Source: Eledone cirrhosa (taxonomy: Eukaryota). Taken from it: a stretch of DNA of 64,000 nt. The first letter of the stretch is position 1; every line of letters begins with the position of its first letter. The stretch is from NCBI GenBank assembly GCA_964016885.1, contig OZ024741.1:190836001-190900000 (forward strand), given 5' to 3'. The translations under genes and the position numbers were made by a program. Below the pieces are notes generated by a model that saw only the letters and a program-made list of their open reading frames with translations, was not told the origin of the DNA and ran no database searches. Shown here piece by piece: positions 52,522 through 64,000 of the stretch.

Positions 52522-55500
52522 GTCATATATGTTAAATGGTGGTTTGTCTGGATGGTAAAGTGTCATATATGTAACCTGGTGGTTTGTCTGGATGGTAAAG
52601 TGTCATATATGTTACCTGTTGGTTTGTCTGGATGGTAAAGTGTCATATATGTTACATGGTGGTTTGTCTGGATGGTAAAGTGTCATATATGTTACCTGGT
52701 GGTTTGTCTGGATGGTAAACTGTCATATCTGTTACCTGGTGGTTTGTCTAGATGGTAAAGTGTCTTATATGTTACCTGGTGGTTTGTCTGGATGGTAAAG
52801 TGTCATATATGTTACCTGGTGGTTTGTCCGGATGGTAAAGTGTTATATATGTTACCTGGTAGTTTGTCTGGATGGTAAAGTGTCATATATGTTACCTGGT
52901 GGTTTGTCTGGATGGTAAAGTGTTATATATGTTACCTGGTAGTTTGTCTGGATGGTAAAGTGTCATATATGTTACCTGGTGGTTTGTCTGGATGGTAAAG
53001 TGTTATATATGTTACCTGGTAGTTTGTCTGGATGGTAAAGTGTCTTATAAGTTACCTGGTGGTTTGTCTGGATGGTAAAGTGTCATATATGTTACCTGGT
53101 GGTTTGTCTGGATGGTAAAGTGTCATATATGTTAGCTGGTGGTTTGTCTGGATGGTAAAGTGTCATATATGTTACCTGGTGGTTTGTCTGGATGGTAAAC
53201 TGTCATATATGTTACCTGGTAGTTTGTCTGGATGGTTAAGTTACCTGGTGGTTTGTCTGGATGGTAAAGTGTCATATATGTTACCTGGTGGTTTGTCTGG
53301 ATGGTAAAGTGTTATATATGTTACCTGGTGGTTTGTCTGGATGGTAAAGTTACCTGGTGGTTTGTCTGGATGGTAATGTGTTATATATGTTACCTGGTAG
53401 TTTGTCTGGATGGTAAAGTTACCTGGTAGTTTGTCTGGATGGTAAAGTTACCTGGTGGTTTGTCTGGAAGGTAAAGTGTCATATAAGTTACCTGGTAGTT
53501 TGTGTGGATGGTAAAGTTACCTGGTAGTTTGTCTGGATTGTAAAGTAACCTGGTGGTTTGTCTGGATGGTAAAGTGTTATATATGTTACCTGGTAGTTTG
53601 TCTGGATGGTAAAGTGTTATATATGTTACCTGTTGGTTTGTCTGGATGTTAAAGTGTCATACATGTTACCTGGTGGTTTGTCTGGATGGTAAAGTGTCAT
53701 ACATGTTACCTGGTGGGTTGTCTGGATGGTAAAGTGTTATATATGTTACCAGGTAATTTGTCTGGATGGTAAAATGTCATATAAGTTACCTGGTGGTTTG
53801 TCTGGATGGTATAGTGTCATATATGTTACCTGGTGGTTTGTCTGGATGGTAAAGTGTCATATATGTTACCTGGTGGTTTGTCTGGATGGTAAAGTGTCAT
53901 ATATGTTACCTGGTGGTTTGTCTGGATGGTAAAGTGTCATATATGTTACCTGGTAGTTTGTCTGGATGTTAAAGTGTTATATATGTTACCTGGTGGTTTG
54001 TCTGGATGGTAAAGTGTCATATATGTTACCTGATAGTTTGTCTGGATGGTAAAGTGTCATATATGTTACCTGGTAGTTTGTCTGGATGGTAAAGTGTCAT
54101 ATATGTTACCTGGTAGTTTGTCTGGATGGTAAAGTGTCATATATGTTACCTGGTAGTTTGTCTGGATGGTAAAGTGTCATATATGTTACCTGGTAGTTTG
54201 TCTGGATGGTAAAGTGTCATATATGTTACCTGGTAGTTTGTCTGGATGGTAAAGTGTCATATATGTTACCTGGTAGTTTGTCTGGATGGTAAAGTGTTAC
54301 ATATGTTACCTGGTGGTTTGTCTGGATGGTAAACTGTCATATATGTTACCTGGTGGTTTGTCTGGATGGTAAAGTTACCTGGTAGTTTGTCTGGATGGTA
54401 AAGTGTCATATATGTTACCTGGTAGTTTGTCTGGATGGTAAAGTGTCATATATGTTACCTAGTAGTTTATCTGGATGGTAAAGTGTTATATATGTTACCT
54501 AGTGGTTTGTCTGGATGGTAAAGTGTCATATATCATACCTGGTTGTTTGTCTGGATGGTAAAGTGTCATATATGTTACCTGGTAGTTTGTCTGGATGGTA
54601 AAGTGTCATATATGTTACCTGGTAGTTTGTCTGGATGGTAAAGTGTCATATATGTTACCTGGTAGTTTGTCTGGATGGTAAAGTGTTACATATGTTACCT
54701 CGTAGTTTGTCTGGATGGTAAAGTGTCATATATGTTACCTGGTGGTTTGTCTGGATGGTAAAGTTACCTGGTAGTTTGTCTGGATGTTAAAGTGTCATAT
54801 AAGGTACCTCGTAGTTTGTCTGGATGGTAAAGTGTCATATATGTTACCTGGTGGTTTGTCTGGAAGGTAAAGTGTCATATATGTTACCTGGTAGTTTGTC
54901 TGGATGGTAAAGTGTCATATATGTTACCTAGTAGTTTATCTGGATGGTAAAGTGTTATATATGTTACCTAGTGGTTTGTCTGGATGGTAAAGTGTCATAT
55001 ATCATACCTGGTAGTTTGTCTGGATGGTAAGTGTCATATATGTTACCTGGTAGTTTGTCTGGATGGTAAAGTGTCATATATGTTACCTGGTAGTTTGTCT
55101 GGATGGTAAAGTGTCATATATGTTACCTGGTAGTTTGTCTGGATGGTAAAGTGTTACATATGTTACCTCGTAGTTTGTCTGGATGGTAAAGTGTCATATA
55201 TGTTACCTGGTGGTTTGTCTGGATGGTAAAGTTACCTGGTAGTTTGTCTGGATGTTAAAGTGTCATATAAGGTACCTCGTAGTTTGTCTGGATGATAAAG
55301 TGTCATATATGTTACCTGGTGGTTTGTCTGGAAGGTAAAGTGTCATATATGTTACCTGGTGGTTTGTCTGGATGGTAAAGTGTTATATATGTTACCTCGT
55401 AGTTTGTCTGGATGGTAAAGTGTCATATAAGTTACCTGGTGGTTTGTCTGGAAGGTAAAGTGTCATATAAGTTACCTGGTAGTTTGTCTGGATGGTAAAG

Positions 55501-58500
55501 TTACCTGGTGGTTTGTCTGGAAGGTAAAGTGTCATATATGTTACCTGGTGGTTTGTCTGGAAGGTAAAGTGTCATATATGTTACCTGGTGGTTTGTCTGG
55601 CTGGTAAAGTGTCATATATGTTACCTGGTGGTTTGTCTGGATGGTAAAGTGTCATATATGTTACCTGGTGGTTTGTTTGGATGGTAAAGTGTCATACATG
55701 TTACCTGGTGGTTTGTCTGTATGGTAAAGTGTCATATATGTTACCTGGTGGTTTGTCTGGATGGTAAAGTGTCATATATGTTACCTGGTGGTTTGTCTGG
55801 ATGGTAAAGTGTCATATATGTTACCTGGTGGTTTGTCTGGATGGTAAAGTGTCATATATGTTACCTGGTGGTTTGTCTGGATGGTAAAGTGTCATGTATG
55901 TTACCTGGTGGTTTGTCTGGATGGTAAAGTGTCATATATGTTACCTGGTGGTTTGTCTGGATGGTAAAGTGTCATATATGTTACCTGGTAGTTTGTCTGG
56001 ATGGTTAAGTTACCTGGTGGTTTGTCTGGATGGTAAAGTGTCATATATGTTACCTGGTGGTTTGTCTGGATGGTAAAGTGTTATATATGTTACCTGGTGG
56101 TTTGTCTGGATGGTAAAGTTACCTGGTGGTTTGTCTGGATGGTAAAGTGTTATATATGTTACCTGGTAGTTTGTCTGGATGGTAAAGTTACCTGGTAGTT
56201 TGTCTGGATGGTAAAGTTACCTGGTGGTTTGTCTGGAAGGTAAAGTGTCATATAAGTTACCTGGTAGTTTGTCTGGATGGTAAATTTACCTGGTAGTTTG
56301 TCTGGATTGTAAAGTTACCTGGTGGTTTGTCTGGATGGTAAAGGGTTATATATGTTACCTGGTAGTTTGTCTGGATGTTAAAGTGTCATACATGTTACCT
56401 GGTGGTTTGTCTGGATGGTAAAGTGTCATACATGTTACCTGGTGGGTTGTCTGGATGGTAAAGTGTTATATATGTTACCTGGTAATTTGTCTGGATGGTA
56501 AAATGTCATATAAGTTACCTGGTGGTTTGTCTGGATGGTATAGTGTCATATATGTTACCTGGTGGTTTGTCTGGATGGTAAAGTGTCATATATGTTACCT
56601 GGTGTTTTGTCTGAATGGTAAAGTGTCATATATGTTACCTGGTAGTTTGTCTGGATGGTAAAGTGTCATATATGTTACCTGGTAGTTTGTCTGGATGGTA
56701 AAGTGTCATATATGTTAACTGGTAGTTTGTCTGGATGGTAAAGTGTCATATATGTTACCTGGTAGTTTGTCTGGATGGTAAAGTGTCATATATGTTACCT
56801 GGTAGTTTGTCTGGATGGTAAAGTGTCATATATGTTACCTGGTAGTTTGTCTGGATGGTAAAGTGTCATATATGTTACCTGGTAGTTTGTCTGGATGGTA
56901 AAGTGTTACATATGTTACCTGGTGGTTTGTCTGGATGGTAAAGTGTCATATATGTTACCTGGTGGTTTGTCTGGATGGTAAAGTTACCTGGTAGTTTGTC
57001 TGGATGGTAAAGTGTCATATATGTTACCTGGTAGTTTGTCTGGATGGTAAAGTGTCATATATGTTATCTGGTAGTTTGTCTGGATGGTAAAGTGTCATAT
57101 ATGTTACCTGGTAGTTTGTCTGGATGGTAAAGTGTCATATATGTTACCTAGTAGTTTATCTGGATGGTAAAGTATTATATATGTTACCTAGTGGTTTGTC
57201 TGGATGGTAAAGTGTCATATATCATACCTGGTAGTTTGTCTGGATGGTAAAGTGTCATATATGTTACCTGGTAGTTTGTCTGGATGGTAAAGTGTCATAT
57301 ATGTTACCTGGTAGTTTGTCTGGATGGTAAAGTGTTACATATGTTACCTGGTGGTTTGTCTGGATGGTAAAGTGTCATATATATTACCTGGTGGTTTGTC
57401 TGGATGGTAAAGTTACCTGGTAGTTTGTCTGGATGGTAAAGTGTCATATATGTTACCTGGTAGTTTGTCTGGATGGTAAAGTGTCATATATGTTATCTGG
57501 TAGTTTGTCTGGATGGTAAAGTGTCATATATGTTACCTGGTAGTTTGTCTGGATGGTAAAGTGTCATATATGTTACCTAGTAGTTTATCTGGATGGTAAA
57601 GTGTTATATATGTTACCTAGTGGTTTGTCTGGATGGTAAAGTGTCATATATCATACCTGGTAGTTTGTCTGGATGGTAAAGTGTCATATATGTTACCTGG
57701 TAGTTTGTCTGGATGGTAAAGTGTCATATATGTTACCTGGTAGTTTGTCTGGATGGTAAAGTGTCATATATGTTACCTGGTAGTTTGTCTGGATGGTAAA
57801 GTGTTACATATGTTACCTCGTAGTTTGTCTGGATGGTAAAGTGTCATATATGTTACCTGGTGGTTTGTCTGGATGGTAAAGTTACCTGGTAGTTTGTCTG
57901 GATGTTAAAGTGTCATATAAGTTACCTCGTAGTTTGTCTGGATGGTAAAGTGTCATATAAGTTACCTGGTGGTTTGTCTGGAAGGTAAAGTGTCATATAT
58001 GTTACCTGGTAGTTTGTCTGGATGGTAAAGTGTCATATATGTTATCTGGTAGTTTGTCTGGATGGTAAAGTGTCATATATGTTACCTGGTAGTTTGTCTG
58101 GAGGGTAAATTGTTACATATGTTACCTGGTGGTTTGTCTGGATGGTAAAGTGTCATATATGTTACCTGGTGGTTTGTCTGGAAGGTAAAGTGTCATATAT
58201 GTTACCTGGTGGTTTGTCTGGATGGTAAAGTGTTATATATGTTACCTCGTAGTCTGTCTGGATGGTAAAGTGTCATATAAGTTACCTGGTGGTTTGTCTG
58301 GAAGGTAAAGTGTCATATATGTTACCTAGTGGGCTGTCTGGATGGTAAAGTGTCATATATGTTACCTGGTGGTTTGTCTGGATGGTAAAGTGTCATATAT
58401 GTTACCTGGTGGTTTGTCTGGATGGTAAAGTGTCATATATGTTACCTGGTGGTTTGTCTGGATGGTAAAGTGTCATATAAGTTACCTGGTGGTTTGTTTG

Positions 58501-59239
58501 GATGGTAAAGTGTTATATATGTTACCTGGTAGTTTTTCTGGATGGTAAAGTGTCATATATGTTACCTGGTGGTTTGTCTGGATGGTAAAGTGTCATACAT
58601 TTTACCTGGTGGTTTGTCTGGATGGTAAAGTTACCTGGTGGTTTGTCTGGATGGTAAAGGGTCATATATGTTACCTGGTGGTTTGTCTGGAAGGTAATGT
58701 GTCATATAAGTTACCTGATAGTTTGTCTGGATGGTAAAGTGTCATATATGTTACCTGGTGGTTTGTCTGGATGGTAAAGTGTCATATATGTTACCTGGTG
58801 GTTTGTCTGGAAGGTAAAGTGTCATATAAGTTACCTGGTAGTTTGTCTGGATGGTAAAGTTACCTGGTGGTTTGTCTGGAAGGTAAAGTGTCATATATGT
58901 TACCTGGTGGTTTGTCTGGCTGGTAAAGTGTCATATATGTTACCTGGTGGTTTGTCTGGATGGTAAAGTGTCATATATGTTACCTGGTGGTTTGTTTGGA
59001 TGGTAAAGTGTCATACATGTTACCTGGTGGTTTGTCTCTATGGTAAAGTGTCATATATGTTACCTGGTGGTTTGTCTGGATGGTAAAGTGTCATATATGT
59101 TACCTGCTGGTTTGTCTGGATGGTAAAGTGTCATATATGTTACCTGGTGGTTTGTCTGGATGGTAAAGTGTCATATATGTTACCTGGTGGTTTGTCTGGA
59201 TGGTAAAGTGTTATATATGTTACCTGGTACTTTGTCTGG

Positions 59240-62200
59240 ATGGTAAAGTGTCATATATGTTACCTGGTGGTTTGTCTGGATGGTAAAGTGTCATATATGT
59301 TACCTGGTGGTTTGTCTGGATGGTAAAGTGTCATATATGTTACCTGGTAGTTTGTCTGGATGGTTAAGTTACCTGGTGGTTTGTCTGAATGGTAAAGTGT
59401 TATATATATTACCTGGTAGTTTGTCTGGATGGTAAAGTTACCTGGTAGTTTGTCTGGATGGTAAAGTTACCTGGTGGTTTGTCTGGAAGGTAAAGTGTCA
59501 TATAAGTTACCTGGTAGTTTGTCTGGATGGTAAAGTTACCTGGTAGTTTGTCTGGATGGTAAAGTGTTATATATGTTACCTGGTAGTTTGTCTGGATGGT
59601 AAAGTGTCATATAAGTTACCTGGTGGTTCGTCTGGATGGTAAAGTGTCATATATGTTACCTGGTGGTTTGTCTGGATGGTAAAGTGTCATATATGTTACC
59701 TGGTGGTTTGTCTGGATGGTAAAGTGTCATATATGTTACCTGGTAGTTTGTCTGGATGATAAAGTGTTATATATGTTACCTGGTGGTTTGTCTGAATGGT
59801 AAAGTTACCTGGTGGTTTGTCTGGATGGTAAAGTGTTATATATGTTACCTGGTAGTTTGTCTGGATGGTAAAGTTACCTGGTAGTTTGTCTGGATGGTAA
59901 AGTTACCTGGTGGTTTGTCTGGAAGGTAAAGTGTCATATAAGTTACCTGGTAGTTTGTCTGGATGGTAAAGTTACCTGGTAGTTTGTCTGGATGGTAAAG
60001 TGTTATATATGTTACCTGTTGGTTTGTCTGGATGTTAAAGTGTCATACATGTTACCTGGTGGTTTGTCTGGATGGTAAAGTGTCATACATGTTACCTGGT
60101 GGGTTGTCTGGATGGTAAAGTGTTATATATGTTACCTGGTAGTTTGTCTGGATGGTAAAGTATCATATAAGTTACCTGGTGGTTTGTCTGGATGGTAAAA
60201 TGTCATATATGTTACCTGGTGGTTTGTCTGGATGGTAAAGTGTCATATATGTTACCTGGTAGTTTGTCTGGATGGTAAAGTGTTATATATGTTACCTGGT
60301 GGTTTGTCTGGATGGTAAAGTGTCATATATGTTACCTGGTAGTTTGTCTGGATGGTAAAGTGTCATATATGTTACCTGGTAGTTTGTCTGGATGGTAAAG
60401 TGTCATATATGTTACCTGGTAGTTTGTCTGGATGGTAAAGTGTCATATATGATACCTGGTAGTTTTTCTGGATGGTAAAGTGTCATATATGTTACCTGGT
60501 AGTTTGTCTGGATGGTAAAGTGTCATATATGTTACCTGGTGGTTTGTCTGGATGGTAAAGTGTCATATAAGTTACCTGGTGGATTGTTTGGATGGTAAAG
60601 TGTTATATATGTTACCTGGTAGTTTTTCTGGATGGTAAAGTGTCATATATGTTACCTGGTAGTTTGTCTGGATGGTAAAGTGTCATACATGTTACCTGGT
60701 GGTTTGTCTGGATGGTAAAGTTACCTGGTGGTTTGTCTGGATGGTAAAGTGTCATATATGTTACCTGGTGGTTTGTCTGGAAGGTAAAGTGTCATATAAG
60801 TTACCTGATAGTTTGTCTGGATGGTAAAGTGTCATATATGTTACCTGGTGGTTTGTCTGGATGGTAAAGTGTCATATATGTTACCTGGTGGTTTGTCTGG
60901 AAGGTAAAGTGTCATATAAGTTACCTGGTAGTTTGTCTGGATGGTAAAGTTACCTGGTGGTTTGTCTGGAATGTAAAGTGTCATATATGTTACCTGGTGG
61001 TTTGTCTGGATGGTAAAGTGTCATATATGTTACCTGGTGGTTTGTCTGGATGGTAAAGTGTCATATATGTTACCTGGTGGTTTGTTTGGATGGTAAAGTG
61101 TCATACATGTTACCTGGTGGTTTGTCTGTATGGTAAAGTGTCATATATGTTACCTGGTGGTTTGTCTGGATGGTAAAGTGTCATATATGTTACCTGGTGG
61201 TTTGTCTGGGTGGTAAAGTGTCATATATGTTACCTGGTGGTTTGTCTGGATGGTAAAGTGTCATATATGTTACCTGGTGGTTTGTCTGGATGGTAAAGTG
61301 TCATATATGTTACCTGGTGGTTTGTCTGGATGGTAAAGTGTCATATATGTTACCTGGTAGTTTGTCTGGATGGTTAAGTTACCTGGTGGTTTGTCTGAAT
61401 GGTAAAGTGTTATATATGTTACTTGGTAGTTTGTCTGGATGGTAAAGTTACCTGGTAGTTTGTCTGGATGGTAAAGTTACCTGGTGGTTTGTCTGGAAGG
61501 TAAAGTGTCATATAAGTTACCTGGTAGTTTGTCTGGATGGTAAAGTTACCTGGTAGTTTGTCTGGATGGTAAAGTGTTATATATGTTACCTGGTAGTTTG
61601 TCTGGATGGTAAAGTGTCATATAAGTTACCTGGTGGTTTGTCTGGATGGTAAAGTGTCATATATGTTACCTGGTGGTTTGTCTGGATGGTAAAGTGTCAT
61701 ATATGTTACCTGGTGGTTTGTCTGGATGGTAAAGTGTCATATATGTTACCTGGTAGTTTGTCTGGATGATAAAGTGTTATATATGTTACCTGGTGGTTTG
61801 TCTGAATGGTAAAGTTACCTGGTGGTTTGTCTGGATGGTAAAGTGTTATATATGTTACCTGGTAGTTTGTCTGGATGGTAAAGTTACCTGGTAGTTTGTC
61901 TGGATGGTAAAGTTACCTGGTGGTTTGTCTGGAAGGTAAAGTGTCATATAAGTTACCTGGTAGTTTGTCTGGATGGTAAAGTTACCTGGTAGTTTGTCTG
62001 GATGGTAAAGTGTTATATATGTTACCTGTTGGTTTGTCTGGATGTTAAAGTGTCATACATGTTACCTGGTGGTTTGTCTGGATGGTAAAGTGTCATACAT
62101 GTTACCTGGTGGGTTGTCTGGATGGTAAAGTGTTATATATGTTACCTGCTAGTTTGTCTGGATGGTAAAGTATCATATAAGTTACCTGGTGGTTTGTCTG

Positions 62201-63270
62201 GATGGTAAAGTGTCATATATGTTACCTGGTGGTTTGTCTGGATGGTAAAGTGTCATATATGTTACCTGGTAGTTTGTCTGGATGGTAAAGTGTTATATAT
62301 GTTACCTGGTGGTTTGTCTGGATGGTAAAGTGTCATATATGTTACCTGGTAGTTTGTCTGGATGGTAAAGTGTCATATATGTTACCTGGTAGTTTGTCTG
62401 GATGGTAAAGTGTCATATATGTTACCTGGTAGTTTGTCTGGATGGTAAAGTGTCATATATGTTACCTGGTAGTTTTTCTGGATGGTAAAGTGTCATATAT
62501 GTTACCTGGTAGTTTGTCTGGATGGTAAAGTGTCATATATGTTACCTGGTGGTTTGTCTGGATGGTAAAGTGTCATATAAGTTACCTGGTGGATTGTTTG
62601 GATGGTAAAGTGTTATATATGTTACCTGGTAGTTTTTCTGGATGGTAAAGTGTCATATATGTTACCTGGTAGTTTGTCTGGATGGTAAAGTGTCATACAT
62701 GTTACCTGGTGGTTTGTCTGGATGGTAAAGTTACCTGGTGGTTTGTCTGGATGGTAAAGTGTCATATATGTTACCTGGTGGTTTGTCTGGAAGGTAAAGT
62801 GTCATATAAGTTACCTGATAGTTTGTCTGGATGGTAAAGTGTCATATATGTTACCTGGTAGTTTGTCTGGATGGTAAAGTGTCATATATGTTACCTGGTG
62901 GTTTGTCTGGAAGGTAAAGTGTCATATAAGTTACCTGGTAGTTTGTCTGGATGGTAAAGTTACCTGGTGGTTTGTCTGGAATGTAAAGTGTCATATATGT
63001 TACCTGGTGGTTTGTCTGGATGGTAAAGTGTCATATATGTTACCTGGTGGTTTGTCTGGATGGTAAAGTGTCATATATATTACCTGGTGGTTTGTTTGGA
63101 TGGTAAAGTGTCATACATGTTACCTGGTGGTTTGTCTGTATGGTAAAGTGTCATATATGTTACCTGGTGGTTTGTCTGGATGGTAAAGTGTCATATATGT
63201 TACCTGGTGGTTTGTCTGGATGGTAAAGTGTCATATATGTTACCTGGTGGTTTGTCTGGATGGTAAAGTG
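59240..63270 (+). repeat. Tandem duplication of a 2,010-bp unit (43x40+10x29)
   Basis: TGGTTAAGTT 59361/61371, GGATGAT block 59751/61761, GGATTGTTTG 60581/62591 and ATGTAAAG 60971/62981. Ten 29-mers were counted per unit. Several private substitutions differ between the copies. Confidence 0.9.
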
Positions 63271-64000
63271 TTATATATGTTACCTGGTAGTTTGTCTGGA
63301 TGGTAAAGTGTCATATATGTTACCCGGTGGTTTGTCTGGATGGTAAAGTGTTATATATGTTACCTGGTAGTTTGTCTGGATGGTAAAGTGTCATATATGT
63401 TACCTGGTGGTTTGTCTGGATGGTAAAGTGTCATATATGTTACCTGGTGGTTTGTCTGGATGGTAAAGTGTCATATATGTTACCTGGTGGTTTGTCTGGA
63501 TGGTAAAGTGTCATATATGTTACCTGGTAGTTTGTCTGGATGGTTAAGTTACCTGGTGGTTTGTCTGGATGGTAAAGTGTCATATATGTTACCTGGTGGT
63601 TTGTCTGGATGGTAAAGTGTCATATATGTTACCTGGTAGTTTGTCTGGATGGTAAAGTGTTATATATGTTACCTGGTGGTTTGTCTGAATGGTAAAGTTA
63701 CCTGGTGGTTTGTCTGGATGGTAAAGTGTTATATATGTTACCTGGTAGTTTGTCTGGATGGTAAAGTTACCTGGTAGTTTGTCTGGATGGTAAAGTTACC
63801 TGGTGGTTTGTCTGGAAGGTAAAGTGTCATATAAGTTACCTGGTAGTTTGTCTGGATGGTAAAGTTACCTGGTAGTTTGTCTGGATGGTAAAGTGTTATA
63901 TATGTTACCTGTTGGTTTGTCTGGATGTTAAAGTGTCATACATGTTACCTGGTGGTTTGTCTGGATGGTAAAGTGTCATACATGTTACCTGGTGGGTTGT

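Larger units (their letters stand above)
1..64000 (+). repeat. Tandem satellite array, 40-bp monomer GTTACCTGGTRGTTTGTCTGGATGGTAAAGTGTCATATAT, with interspersed 29-bp deletion monomers; open at both window ends
   Basis: Seen directly: the 40-bp period holds from base 1 to base 64000, with most monomers within 0-3 substitutions of consensus. Phase shifts are explained by 11-bp deletions and a few 1-2 bp deletions. No non-repeat sequence and no reverse-orientation monomers were seen. Confidence 0.99.

Noticed and set aside
11800-55035. Isolated 1-2 bp deletions (~11811 GGTGTTTG, ~41506 GGTAGTGTC, ~55030 GGTAAGTG)
   Set aside because: They are singletons in short homopolymers and may be sequencing or consensus errors. 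Only deletions shared between duplicated copies (44371/49738 and the TAATCATACC form) were used as markers.
1181-56661. Eleven 60-68 aa Cys/Trp-rich ORFs (MVKCHICYLVVCLDGKVSYMLPGGLSGW...) with a CxxC-like motif
   Set aside because: They are translations of the 40-bp repeat cycling through three frames. The GG-TAA stop recurs every 120 bp, and these ORFs appear only where a substitution (CAA, TAT, TGT, GAA) or a 29-mer frameshift bypasses one stop. Their multiplicity follows the DNA duplications. The minus strand is likewise closed by TGA and TAA in each monomer.
1-64000. CRISPR-like array (29-bp repeat plus 11-bp spacer)
   Set aside because: The 11-bp segment is nearly invariant or absent rather than unique, it is far too short for a spacer, and there are no cas genes or leader.
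1-64000. Telomerase-synthesised long telomeric repeat (G/T-rich strand; 29-mer as template misalignment)
   Set aside because: Rare variants are inherited in multi-kb duplicated blocks, which indicates recombinational amplification rather than repeated copying from one RNA template. No chromosome end is visible. A subtelomeric location remains possible but cannot be shown here.
1-64000. Idea that the variant order encodes information, or that the array is a synthetic or rolling-circle concatemer
   Set aside because: The order is accounted for by nested duplications with differing divergence. A rolling-circle or synthetic product would show one fixed period rather than hierarchical, irregular offsets.

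Overview
The whole 64 kb window lies inside one uninterrupted, head-to-tail tandem repeat (satellite or large minisatellite) array. The 40-bp consensus monomer is GTTACCTGGT[G/A]GTTTGTCTGGATGGTAAAGTGTCATATAT (G-form: 12 G, 16 T, 8 A, 4 C; 40% GC; no CpG; + strand 70% G+T). There are roughly 1,600 monomers, all in one orientation. A recurrent 29-bp form lacking GTGTCATATAT is interspersed. I found no unique sequence, insertion, inversion, gene, RNA gene, mobile element or CRISPR spacer. The 11 listed ORFs are translations of the repeat in which a TAA stop has been mutated or skipped. The informative content is the order of variant monomers. It shows nested multi-kb duplications (offsets 15,849; 5,558; 5,367; 5,223; 3,628/3,668; 2,010; 1,845/1,885; 1,385; 1,265; 1,258; 1,177/1,057; 869; 665 bp) on top of an older, degenerate ordered cassette of variants, with positional subfamilies. 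I do not recognise the repeat family or the host. A eukaryotic heterochromatic, subtelomeric or centromeric satellite is an inference from size and architecture. I cannot support a novel gene-encoded system from this sequence. Offsets were obtained by matching rare marker variants by eye, and block edges are accurate to about one or two monomers.
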